Positions 38,385 through 51,000 of a DNA stretch of 64,000 nucleotides are shown piece by piece (the stretch's first letter is position 1; the number at the start of each line of letters is the position of its first letter). The notes below the pieces were generated by a model that saw only the letters and a program-made list of their open reading frames with translations, made no database searches and was not told where the DNA came from. A program made the translations under genes and the position numbers. This DNA comes from Klebsormidium nitens (lineage: Eukaryota; Plantae; Klebsormidiophyceae), in assembly GCA_000708835.1 (NCBI GenBank), contig DF237028.1:169473-233472 (forward strand), read 5' to 3'.

Positions 38385-40505
38385 GGCCGTCCGAATTTTA
38401 TTTCCGGTTTCCTGTCCACCCCCTCCGGGGGTGGGTCGGTCGGTCGGGAGTATCTGATAAATATGCCCGAGCCGCGGCAATGGTTATATTTGACTAATAC
38501 CATTACCGCGCTCTATTTAGGTAAGTACCTAGGTATGTACCGGGTGATGGATGGGTACTCAACAGGTACCTACTGCCAGGTACCTAGGTCCTAGACTCAC
38601 GAGTCGTAACTTGCCGTACAGCTCGGACTCGGCGGGCCCGAGGAGCTCCCGGGGAGTCTGTAGGCCGTGCAAATAAGTCCATCTACCTCGACCGAACTGT
38701 CTGACCTGTGCATGCCCGGTGCCTGGAGATCTCCTGGAGACGTGAATGACCGGTTGTCTGTATCATAGGTGCACCAAAATCGGTGCAATCAAGACCGAAT
38801 CTCCCGCCACTTACGGAGTCCGGGGAGTCCTGGGATGGCAAATCCGTCACCTGCGTCCCCTCAAATTCATCGCCCGGAGAAGGATCGGTCGCGGCGTCAC
38901 GACCGAAATAGCCTGGGGAAATTTTGGACGGCAATTTCGTCTCTCTGCAAACAACCGATTTGTATATGAAGAAATAACACCCGAGCAAATTCGGTCTTAT
39001 TCCGACCGAATCTCTACGGCAAATTCAGCGTGCTATAAGTGGATAAAAGATTGAAGTGGAATTGTTTGTATGTTTTGACTTCGCAAGGATTTCACGTGAT
39101 CACGTTGCTATTCATGCTATCTAAGTGACAAAGTGGAGTACTACGATGTATCGTATGCCTCGCTCACTATTACAACAACTTCGCTTAACTATTTATATGC
39201 ACTATTGCAACTATGCAATATCGTCAACCAATGATGTTATAGTATCCTTTCAACTTATTGATACGCATGATCGTAACATGCATACTTGAACGTTGGGAAG
39301 TGTCAATTATTCTACCTTACATATTTTGTCTATCAATTTGGCGCGTCGTATACATGCCAATTTGAATTGCTTGAACCTAGTATATAAGATCGATATCAAA
39401 GTTAAGGGCCGTATGCGGTTCATGGCACTTCGGCATCATTCGCAAATGTTCGGATAGTTCGACAATGTTGAACCAGTGACCGTGTCAACTGTCGGTCGTT
39501 GTTTTGTTTGTAAGGGGATCATGTGTGCCGTGTACTATTGTATATCATCAAGTAGCCTCTACGATCATCCATGTTTTTTTATGTTGACTCCCATGGTCAC
39601 CGAAATATTGGAATCAATCGTCAAGCGAGCAATGCATGCTAAATCGGTCGTATGGATAATCGACCGATATAGGTACTACAGTTCATGGCCTGAACCCTGC
39701 CAATTCGGTGTTCCTCGCGACCGAAATCCCAGCATGTTAGCGAGGGCCTATGCACAATCGGTCGAACTTGTAGGCGACTGATTTTCCCTGCGACGCTCGA
39801 CCGACGCCGCTACCCGGGGGCCAAAGGTACGTACCCAGGCAGGGCATTTCAGTTGGATAGGTAGACGACGGTTCCGCCTCTACCTGTAGGCTGTAGTAGG
39901 TAGTAGGTACCCGTAGGTCCCCCGTTGGTACGCGCAGTCAATTTCAGTACGTTGCTCGGCCCGGGCTTCGAAGCCGGCTGCCATACGCAGATCGGCCTAG
40001 CAAGAACGACTGATTTTATACATGGCTGGAATTGAACTTGAAGTCGACTGTCGGCGTACGGCTTGCCGCCGCACCGTACGGCGTACCGGTACCCTGTGCG
40101 GGTTACCGTAGAAGCTAGCTGTGCCTCAAACAGAGGTGACGTCTTAGTACGGTACCTACTTTTCCTGTGCAGGTTTCCGCGACAATTGGTACCTGGTACC
40201 GTAAAGAAGGTACCCGGGTACAGCGACAGCCCGGCGCTGCCGAGTGCGGCCAGCCCGGGCTCCCCCTTTCGCATGCTTGGAAGTCCTTACAAATGGAGTC
40301 CTTCACTAAAATAGGTCGAGAGTAGGCAACTTATGGAGGTTCTCAGCCGCATTTTCAGACACAATCTGACCTTGGGCCTTGCTTTTCTGGGTATAAATTG
40401 GTTTTTCCGTGTACAAAAATGGAAATATTATATCATGATTTTCAAAAATTTCCCAAAATTTGGGTCGGTCGCGGACAGGAAACCGGAAATTAAATTCGGA
40501 CGGCC
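38385..40505. mobile_element. 2.1-kb non-autonomous TIR DNA transposon, 3-bp TSD (PIF/Harbinger- or Zator-like)
   Basis: 33-bp TIRs 38385-38417 and 40473-40505 match at 32/33 (GGCCGTCCGAATTT(T/A)ATTTCCGGTTTCCTGTCC). CTA flanks both ends (38382-84, 40506-08). No transposase ORF inside. Confidence 0.8.
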
Positions 40506-41552
40506 CTAGTACCAAAAGAGTGATACGACTTGAAACGTGCCGTACCTTCTAGGATACCGTACCTAGGACTATCGCCGTCGGTACTACAAACTTCAAGGCA
40601 ACACTGGAGGCCAACTTGAAGTACCGGTAGGTCGACGCACAACCTGATACATTACCGGTAAACAACCACATTACCGGTAGGACGGTGGCCAAATCTTGTG
40701 CTCATTTCTTTTTGGGCGTACCGTTATACTACATTTCGATATAGGTATAGCATGCATGGTCGATTTGAGCCTTGAGGTAAATGCTTCCATGTATGGCATC
40801 CATCGTGAACTTATTAACGATTTGATACGTTGCATGCAACGACTAGACAGAAAACGACGCACATTACAGTAGTCTGATCAAGATCGAAGTGACCATGACA
40901 GTAATCCACGCTGTTTCAGCACATTGTCACAGTTTTGAATGGCACAATCTGGTTTCCCAAAAGGTTTGATATTGGTTATCTACCTTGCTCACATGCAAAT
41001 ACATAGCAAGAGAACCAAAGCTTCACTGCTCCGCATGCAATTGATTTTGTCTTGTTGTGACAAAAAATCGTGATTGAGACTGAAGAACCGGAAACTTCTC
41101 CAAGAATTAAAACGGACATAGAAGAAAATTCTAAAAGACTACTATTTGTGCCAGTCTTTTAATGTACATGTACAAGCAGGATGTACGGCGATGAAGCTTA
41201 GAGCCTTGCAACTACAACAATCAGCTCGAATGTACACCTTGCTTGCACCAGCTTCTCAGACGCATAGCTCCTGAGCTAGTCTTTTAGTCTTCAAGTACTA
41301 ATAACGACAAACCCCATCCAAATATCCAGGGCCAAGACAAGACTTGACGCTTGCATGGTCGCAGCCACTTTCAACTGCCGCTTCCTCCTGATCAGGCAGC
41401 CCTGCTTTGTCAAAGTAATTGGTGCAATTGACAACCAAGAATGACGGGTTACCACGGAACCCTCCCCGCACAGGGAGTGTGCATCATTGCACTTGTAGTT
41501 GCGATAGCCACAACAAACAAGGATTCTACCTAAGACAATTTGAACAGAGCCC

Positions 41553-44500
41553 TCAATCGCGAGGCCGAGCCGCCCACAACGAGCTCAGAGCACGGAGCCG
41601 CGCATGGTAATCAGCCATTGCCAGGAACCCCTTCGCAGATTGACGGATGTTAAGAGTACGATGCATCTGCTGCAGGCTCTGCTGACGGAGACTGTCGGCC
41701 TGCACCAACAACCAATGGCAATGATGGTATCAAGTATCATTTTGATATATCCAAGTCTGAAGGCCTGGCCTTTCCGTATCCAGATTGCAAAAAACCGACT
41801 CTCTCAATCGAAAAACTCAAGCGTCTCAAACGAATATCTGAGTTGTCTTTCACAAACCGCTCTCCTATGTCCCTTGCAATCTCAAGCAACACCGTTCCAC
41901 CTTCGTTTCAACTGGGACACACCGCAATGGGGCTCTGCGACCCAGATCCTAACAATTAGCTCGATTGGACGTTTCTATTCTATCTCGTCTCTTTAATGCG
42001 GCCCCCTCACCTGTCGCACGAACGACTCGAGCGTCCCCAGTTTGCCCATGGCCATGGCCATCTGGCCCATGTAGTTGGCCACGTTGGACGACGCAGACAT
42101 GTTTCCTGCGCTCAGAGTGTCCGCCAGGCTCTGCTGCAGCGACTCCATGCCCTGGGACAGCGCATCCTCCGCCTGTTGGCTGCTCTGCTGCAAGTTACAA
42201 ATCGCCATCAGCTGCTGCTCCGTCAGCGGCTCCACCTGCGGGATGATGATCTGCAAACAACGGAGGGCGGGGTGAGATAATCAAGCGGGGCCCAGATCTG
42301 AGCAGTCGGATCTGAGAAAAGAGGGATAGACCCTGAAAAGGCCAGGTATTGCAACTGTAAAGGGGCTGGAAGGGGAGAGTCCTCCAGAGAAGGGGCTTTG
42401 TAAATGGCTGGCAGACGTGTCTGGACGAGTGCAAGCGCAATATGAGGTTCAACACAGAGGTTATTGGGCAGGGTTGGGAAAGGGACTTCGTCACGTGCAG
42501 AGGTCGGGAGTGCTGCTTCTGACAGGATGGAACGTGGCCTCCAATTTCATCAGAGCAAGAGGATTGCTGTACTCAAAGATGCGAGGCAAGGAGAACAGAG
42601 AGCAGAAGATTCGAACATGGACAAAGAGAATTGAGAGAGCAGAAGATTCGTACAACGACAAAGAGTATTCAGACGACAGAACACAAACCAACTCCTATTT
42701 GCTTGATTCAATGAGGTGTATGGGGCTTCTAGAAACAAGTGAAGGGACACATAACGGGGAGCCACAGAACTTCCGAAAGCCCAGGAGAGGTTTCTTTTCG
42801 AGCTCTATGCTGCGCCTTAAGAATGATGTACCAAGGCCACGTGCAATACCTTAAGCATTTCGGATGGCCGGAAACCGCCCATCCACATGAAGCAGCGCTC
42901 TGCCGGTGTCTTCCACATCCCCGACACGAGGTGGAACACGTCCATCTTGGCCGCCTGGCTTTTGAGTTTGAAAAGCTCGTCATAGTGCGCCAGACACTGG
43001 TCGACCAGCGTCCGCAACTCGTCGTCCGTGGAGCGCTGGTTGACCGCTGTCCGAAGCTCTGATGTCTGCCGGCTGTGCTCCTCCACCCACCGACCGTACT
43101 CCAGGTCAAACTGCGCGGCGCCTGCATGCGACGGGGGCCCATTTTTTTGGCGGCCATGATTTTTTCAACGTGTGCAATCAACATTCGGCATCGGTGGTGG
43201 TTTGGGACCAAAGAAAGACCAAGCAGCTTTGGCTGGAAAATTCAAGGGCTGGAAAATCAAAGGAAACCATTGACCGGTGACCGGAAGAAAAGCATGGATA
43301 AAAAGAAAGGTCAAAATGCACTGTTTTCAGAGGTTGAAAGGCAGAAGATACCGCTAAATGCGGTTCCATTAGGGAAACCCTGTCTGTAAAAAAACTTTGT
43401 GACAGGAAACTAGTTCAAAAGGGACAGAAGGCAGACAGAAATGCTTTCCGTACTTCATCCTGCAATAGAAAGACTCGACAGGGTGTACGAAAGGTGCTGG
43501 ACTGTTGAGGTGAGCCGCTTCCTTGCCCATGATGTGACTTGAACAGTACGAGGGTGATTCTCAATACACAAGCTTGAGCATCTTTACAGAGCATTCAACA
43601 GTTGCGACAGAGCCCCAGATTAAGCGAAAGAGAAAGTGGATCACAAAGAAGGCCAACACAAAAGAAGGGGGGGGTGTACACTGAGTTTGCACTGAACATG
43701 ATCTACATACTGCCAGCTACTTGTCAATTACGCACGGAATCTGCAGGCAACTCTAGCTTCCGACGTACGCTGCTTGGAGGCGCGGCTGGAACCTTGTCCC
43801 AGCAAAAGAAATTGATGTTGGAAACAGTCTGGTCACCCAGAAAGTACAAGACGAAGCAAGAACTTCCTGTACAGGGTACCAATCTTGTAAAATCAAATGT
43901 GGTAATCTATCACTCCATAAATGTGCTCAGGAGAACATTTGGGGCAAATAAGCAGAAACTTGAGCAGGAGACCTTCTGGGGGGCTCCTTTTAGAAAGGGC
44001 AAGTCAATACTATGATCGGTTACTTAGCACAAGAACTTGCATCAAGCAGAATCCTCAAACCCAGGGGAGGAATACCAGACAGGATGGCTGCCACATACCA
44101 GGGTTGGGGTTGCTGTTTAGGCCTGGTAGCGTGCCCCCACCGCCAGCCGCGCCGTCCCCATGGTACACACCCTGCTGCCGAGCTCTCTGCAGCTCTTGCT
44201 CCAGCTGCTGCAAGCGAATGCGGCTCGACTCTAGTTGCTGAACGTACGCCTTCTTTCGCAGCCGGCTCTTCCTTGCTGCTTCCCTGTTCTGAGCCAGACG
44301 ACGCAGAGTCTTGTCGGGGCCCTCGCTTTTCTTGTCACTGTCGCCTGGCCTCTTGTTGCTGGGGGAACCTTGGTCCTGTGCACAACCAGCAACATCTCAG
44401 CAAGGTCTCATACTCTAGGCTAAATCTGTTGCCCTTTTGAATGTCATTGAAAGCGCCTCAGATGTCAAAAGGATCGGTGAGACATGGCTTGCTGCAAGTG

Positions 44501-45905
44501 GAAGCAATCAACTTACAGCAGTACAAAAAGAACAGCCTGCAAATCGCAGCTCAGGAAACAGCTAGCAAAGCCATTGGCTGTAGCTGATGTGACAATCTGC
44601 TGACAGCTTCTCATACCCGACTTCCACATAAAGATCAGGACGTCCTGTAATGCAGGTCAATCTGCCAGGACAGAAATTCCAACGGAGACTGCGCAACTTG
44701 CTGATTTCAAGAGATTAATAGGCAACTGACCTTGTATTCATCCATGTCACCCCCGTCTGACGAAGGTGAGCGCGGGCTCATTGGAGTGTCATTCCAAGCG
44801 CCACCATTTGCCCCATTGCCTCTGCCCCCTGTAAATACGAGCAATGACTATCAAAAGCAGGCAGCTGACTTGCAAGCCACTTTTACATCTCCCATCTAAC
44901 TTGAGCAGCACACGTACTTCTGTCCAACTTATTCTATCATCAACACAACACCTGATGACTTGAGTCCCTTCATTACATAACCAGCTCAATGAATACCCAA
45001 AGGGAATGATCCATCATCTCTTTGCAACTCATAACAGTATAAAGTGCTCTACATAAAACATGACAACTCAAAAGCATCCGATGCTCTACATCAAAACCAA
45101 GCGCCGCACGTCCCTGTTTACAGCAACATAAATATGCAAGATGCATGAAGGGGCAAAAAACTGACCAACATCATCGTCCTCTGCAATCCCAAAATTCATG
45201 GGTGTCCCATCCAGGTCTGCAAGATCGTACGCTCCATTGTTGTCTCGGGGTGCAGACATGTCACCTGCAGCAACATTGAGGGTTAATCTACCAGCATCCC
45301 ATGATCCAAGAGAAACATTTCTTTTAAACACTGATCTTCTTGGCTGGTGGTCAGAATCAGAATGCACGCCAAAGCATACCTAGGGTTCGCAGAGCTATGA
45401 CCTCAACAACATAGCCAGAGGTGAATGAAGTCAAATGCTGGTAACTTTCCAGGCCATCTCCGAATGAGCTCAGCTTTCAAACACGGTAAGAAAAGGCAAG
45501 CCTGTTTGCCATAAGAACATGAAAGGAAGCAAACCAGAACTCAGACGTGGAATACTACCTAAGAAGCAAAGGCAGCGGTCTCTGCTGAGAAAAATGAAGA
45601 GTCAATGTGGATAACGATGGTAATGCTATGTAACTGCCGCTGGTGAAAAATGATTCGGCAGCTGATGCTTTGTGACGCACATCTCAAAGCTTCTGTTTCT
45701 CTACCATGCAGAGCAAATGCAGCCTGCGGATGCCTATCTGTAGTGACATGCAACAGCTGGCAACTCTATACGGTCCCTGCTATATGCCTCCATGGTGTGA
45801 CTGAAATGTATGCTGCTCAAACAACTTACTTGTTTTCTGACTTTTGCCACTGAACACTTCGCTGTTAATCCCAGCAGCCAGTGCTGGCGTCAAAGTAGAC
45901 GCCAT
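41553..45905 (-). CDS. TGA: TGA-family (group D) bZIP transcription factor with DOG1 domain; 5' end uncertain
   Basis: Exon 44375-44099 KTLRRLAQNREAARKSRLRKKAYVQQLESSRIRLQQLEQELQRARQQG; exon 43121-42850 FDLEYGRW...SGMWKTPAERCFMWMGGFRPSEMLK; exon 42250-42011 YMGQMAMAMGKLGTLESFVRQ; exon 41699-41553 ADSLRQQSLQQMHR...RLRALSSLWAARPRD*. N-terminal exons near 44730-45380; ATG 45905 is tentative. Confidence 0.95.
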
Positions 45906-47059
45906 AGCTGCTCCAGAACTACGAGATGCCTTTCAGCGGATTGGATTTAGCCTCTGAAGACCACTCTGCTTGAGCTGCGTAAGGCACATGAGCGTGTGAC
46001 CAATGCCTCGCTACTCTTAGCCTATTCTTTCCAGGATAGTGAAGGCACGTGCAAAATTTGACCCACAGTCCCCTAACTCCCCAGCTAGTGCAAATGCCCC
46101 AGCAAGCCTCACAGACCCTTCCCTATTGCCCTCACCAACCTCACCCTGGCCGCAAAACCGCCAGCCCTGCCTTGCCTGCTGCAGAAAGGTAGTGCCGCCT
46201 GTGCGCAAGAAGCTCCCTCTACTTGCGCAACACCTGCCAGCCACGTCTCTCCTCCAGGTGTTGCTCAGGATCGAGTCAGAGAGCTGAACTGACGGTCGGG
46301 AAAAAATCCTGTCCTCCTTCCTCCTTTTGAAAGCTGCTTACGTCAGCCATTTGTACTGCTCCCCGGTAGGTTTTCTACCGACTCAAGTGCCCAGCTTGAT
46401 GCGCCTGCTTGCAAGGTGGTGACATCACCACCTAGGGAGGGTCAGAAGCCCGGTAGGGTTATGTAATCGGTTGGGCGAAGCTTCATGACGCCTTCCAGGT
46501 TAAAGGAAAATGGTCCATGTTGGTCAACGGCGCGGTTAAGTTCGTTGTCAGGAGGCAGGAACACTGGCTTGACACTGTTGCAAATGTTACCCCAACTGTT
46601 GTTACATATGGTTATCAGTGTCAAGCCCAGTTGCCCAGTAGGTGAGATAGTCCGTACAGAAAGTGCCCGCCCAGATTTTCGGATGGTGACATATCAACGG
46701 CACAAGATCAAATTATTTGGCATCGAGCGGACAGAGACGCAAGGATCTCGGTACATGACACTAGTGCCGATGTCAACGACTTTCCTAGCCGTTGTGTCAT
46801 TAAGCCGGGAACTCGACTAGTCACGCGTGTAGAGAAACTAGCAACGCAACGATCAAGCAGGTCCGGTCCGCAAGCTCGTAATTTTGTTGCGGCAGCCTGG
46901 CTGTCGACAGCCCCGCTGTTTCAGGCACTGACGATTGAGGATGAGTGCTTCCGGACGGCTTTGCGGAGTTGGCTTGGTTTGCGGCACCCGATGGTAGCAG
47001 GCATTGCGTTGTGCGAGTGCGGGCAGTCCCTTCAGGGTCCTTTGGGGGGACAGCACCTA

Positions 47060-47079
47060 NNNNNNNNNNNNNNNNNNNN
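47060..47079. other. Assembly gap (20 N)
   Basis: Run of N in the sequence; true length unknown. Confidence 1.
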
Positions 47080-47244
47080 CACGGGATGCGGCGCAGGCGA
47101 AGACGGTGAAGTACGGCGATCACCCCGTTGATGACACCTTCATCCCCCTTGCGGTCGAGACATACGGGTGTTTGGACTCCTCCTTCGATGAGTTCCTAGG
47201 GGGTTCCTAGGCACTTGTGCTAGACGTGCAGCAGAGCTTTAATA

Positions 47245-47671
47245 GGGTACCGTCACTTTCAAGTGGCACCCCCTTAGGTATTCTGTGGGGGGGGGGGGGC
47301 TTGGTTCGGATCAGCCAAGCAAAGGTGGGGAGGGGGGGGGGGCTTGAGGCCTTTCGCTTGGGGCATAGCCCCAGCCAGGTTTCAAGTGAGAAGCATACGT
47401 TTTCATGCAGATTTACCCTCATTTTGTTCAACGTTCCGACTTTTCAGCCCACGAACGAGACAAAGAAGTACTTTTCAGCACCAAAATGGGGCTGAATTCA
47501 TGTATATGATTGTAATTTGTAACCAAAATATTGCCCGGTTGGTAGCCCACTGGACTCGGACCTTGACCTTGCCAGCAATGACAAGGCCGGGAGGGGGGGG
47601 GGGCTTGAGACCCTTCTGCCAAAGTGCCTCCAAAATACCTAACCGGGTGCCACTACAAAGTGACGGTACCC
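47245..47671. mobile_element. 427-bp MITE inserted in the CRE fragment (Tourist/Harbinger-like)
   Basis: 38-bp TIR GGGTACCGTCACTTT(CA/GT)AGTGGCACCC(CC/GG)TTAGGTATT with 4 mismatches. Flanks ATA/TTA form an imperfect TWA TSD. Removing it roughly rejoins ...RRAAEL-RMGGLD... Confidence 0.8.
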
Positions 47672-48002
47672 TTAGGATGGGTGGCCTAGATTCGGCACCC
47701 ATGGCATCTAGGTTACTCTGCTACTTCCGTCAGCGAGTTTCGGTTAGCCTCCAGCGTAGCCAGGCCCGGGCAGTTCACCATAGAGCGGCCCGCGCGATTG
47801 AGAGATCGGTAGGTCTCCGAGCTCAGGTAGTCCAGGACGCCCGAGTTCGCAGTGCAGACTTGCACACTCTGTCTAGGGTAGGAGGATCCTAGAGACCGAG
47901 ATCGTGGATTTTGTTGTGTGCTTCAACCATTGAAGGCGGCCGCGCGGCTGCATTGTGCAAGCTGCCCGCATCTCAGAGTCTCTGGACAGCTTTCATTGTT
48001 CA

Positions 48003-51000
48003 ATGGCGATGGCGTCCGTTGCTTCAGTCCTTCATTTGAGTCCAGTGGCCTCCCTCGAATTGCAAAGTTCATCTGCTTCCAGAGACGTACTCAAAACGAG
48101 CTCTTTTGGTGCTCCCATCAACGGGCTTCGAGCTGCAAGGTGAGAATCAATTGTCCCTCTGAGCTGCGCGTACGAATGGATGGAGTTGCAATCGTCTCAG
48201 CACCCGTAGTACAGCAGAGGTCATCTTAATCTTTGACAGCGAGCAGGTCTTGGGCAGCTCCTCTGTCAACGTGCGCAGACTCTGTTTGGCTGGCAAGTCT
48301 GACGCCTGTTTTTTTCTATGCCCGGTTTGAAGCGCAATCTTCCTAAAGGCTCCATTTCAGGCTTTTCGTATGAATTGGCCGCCATCTAATCTGTCGTGGC
48401 AATACAATATGCTTCTTTCAGGCCTGAACTCCTTCAGAAAAGGAGCAGCATTTCCTCGAAAGTCCTTCAAGCCTCCGAGCTCGTGCCGATTCTACCAAAG
48501 GGCATTTAGAGCCGAACCATCACCTCCTATAAAGGGCAGCTTACAGCCATCAACTACAGTAGTTTTCTTTCTCAGAAAGCTGAACAGTTGCATTTGGCAT
48601 CCTTGTAACAAAGGGAGTTATTGCCACCCGGCGTGAGCTGAAACCTTCACAGAAAACATAGGTACTGTAATCAATCACCAACTCTGAGTATACTTGAACC
48701 TCTTTGCAGGGGTGCAGTGCTCGTTCGGAAGGGGTGTAGTCATGTCTGCCGGGCGCAGGCAAAGCCGACAGCGAAGGGCCGGGGGGGCTCCGGAGGCCAG
48801 GCGCTCCCAAAAAAGCCGCGCAAGATAGAGTGAGGTTTCCTGCTTGCCATGAACCCTTTCTGGAGGCAGCCTTTCCTTGATTGTGGTCGACCTGTCTATC
48901 CACGGTGCGCATCTGATCGGAGCCAATATCCTGCCCGTCTTGTATTGAAGGAAGGGATAATTGGGCGATCATCGAGTGATCCCTGTGAGGCAAGAGCTTG
49001 CATTATAGAGCAGAGAATTCAAAAAGAAGAAGGGAAAAAAAAAACGCTCAGATTCTTTCAGATATGTGTTCTTAGCTGATGAGCATGCTGATGAGCATAA
49101 AGACGGTTTAAAAGAGGGATAATTTCTGCTTATCCTTGAGATTTCTTGGAAGCCCCACAAGGCCCGAGAAATAGACCGTCAGCTGATGAACCTTGCTTTA
49201 CGAACCTTTCTGTGCATACAGAAAACTTGACGTTAGCAAGGCCGCCGGTGTTGAGGCGTTCCAAGTGTTTGCTAGGCTAGAGAAAGACAAGGTGGGTGGC
49301 AGCTTGACTCCAAAAAATGTGATTGCAACATGGGACCCGAAAAGGTCCTTATAACAATACGTTCTGCTGCGAAAGTTGCTTGCTGGCTGGCCGCCCCAGG
49401 CTGTTGTAGTTTTGCTGCCATGAAGAGCCTCTGTTTATTGGAGCCTTTTAGCATTGGTGTGGCTAAAGCCTAACCAGAAGCAGCGGAACCCGAATTTTTA
49501 TTCTTTGCCCTTTCCTTCTGCTGTACCGTTTCTGGCCACTTGGACCAGACTCCTTAAACCAGCCACTTTCGGAAGGTTTACCGGATGTACCTATTGGTCA
49601 TTGCAGCAACCACGATGGTGGTTTGCACGAATGCTTGTGTTGGAAGCTCCGTCTGATTAAGTCACTCAAAGAAACTTGGAAGACCAACTTTTGAGACACA
49701 TCAAGGTTCGACAGCGCGCCTGAAGACCCCGGACCTGATTCCCTCTTGAGCTCACACATGAATCTGACTTTGTTTCTTATTTCAATCGACCTCTTCAACT
49801 TGCGTGCTTCAACCGAGCCAAACTCGGGCCTTTTCCTTGTTGCATCCAGGAGGACGTCAACAGATTCAAGCCAATCGCTGAGATTCTGGTCGAAACCGGG
49901 GGGGACGTTGCGAAGGCGTTAAAGGAGCGGCGGCGACAGCTGGTCGAACTCGCACGGGGGGTGAGCTGGGGGACCTTTGCTTGTTCCCATTTGCCTTCTT
50001 TAGTTCTCTGTTTCTTGAGCCCTGACTTTTTGGCCTTTCCGTCTGTATCGCGCTGTCCGCAGTCGCTTCGGCAGGGTTGTTACGGGGTCACACAGCGAAT
50101 GTTAATCGTGCGTTAAAGCTCGGAATTGGAGGGCGTGGCGAATCGGAAATTATCCAACTGACTGATGTTGAACCACATAGCAGAGATGGTTCTCGGTCAG
50201 GATCCATTGTCGGAGAGTGTGCAATTTCAGCACTGTTTCTAGGACCCCCCTTGGCGACCAGTTTGAAATCAGGGTGAATATTCGACCGCCGTCCAATATT
50301 AAGTGATGATGGCAGGAAAACCGCACGTTCTCCTTGCGCGTTTCTTTCAAGTAATGTCTTGGGGGGATGTCTGGAAGCTCACATAATCTGCAGATGTGCG
50401 TAAGTAGCTAGACCGCGTCAGCCTGATGTCCCTTTTCTTTGCCAACGCAGTCCGGCTCGGGTGAGCACAGCTTGTGCACTTCATCTCGTTCAGATAGCAG
50501 ACTTCGAAAAAGCTGTTCTTCCGAGGCGGAAGACACAGAACGGCCCATGTCTTACCACGACAAGAGACTCATCAGCTTTCTATCTCCACTAGCTCCCATC
50601 TCCTACATTCTCTGTTCAGAACCAGACCTTTGGCAGTGGAAAGCCGCATCCTTCCTTCAACTCAGTACCAACTCGCGAGGAAGGATGGCACCTTCTCTTC
50701 CTTATTTCTGTTTCGTTGCAGAGCCGTGACTACGTTACTTCCCTGCTCTTTGCTCGCGGCTTTGAAACTAGGACGAGAACTTTTCGGGTTTCCATGCAGA
50801 TCATCGAGTTCGCCAACTGCCCCGAAACCGGCCTCCAGTACGGGTTCCAGAAGAGCCCCAGCAAGGGAGAGCGGCACGACCTGAACCCAACCGTCATCGC
50901 CATCGGGGGGCCGCTCGACGACGACAGCGTACCTGCTATTCTGAGGTGGGGCGCATCTCTTTTCTGTTCGCGTTCTCCTCCTCATCTTGCCTTTGTTCGT

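Larger units (their letters stand above)
46860..47892 (+). mobile_element. 5'-truncated, disrupted CRE-type (RLE-bearing) non-LTR retrotransposon fragment
   Basis: AWLSTAPLFQALTIEDECFRTALRSWLGL...CECGQSLQGPLGGQHL (start of CCHC finger); after the gap KYGDHPVDDTFIPLAVETYGCLDSSFDEFL; then YFRQRVSVSLQRSQARAV. These are typical RLE C-terminal motifs. Interrupted by an N gap, an 11-nt insertion and a MITE. Confidence 0.8.
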
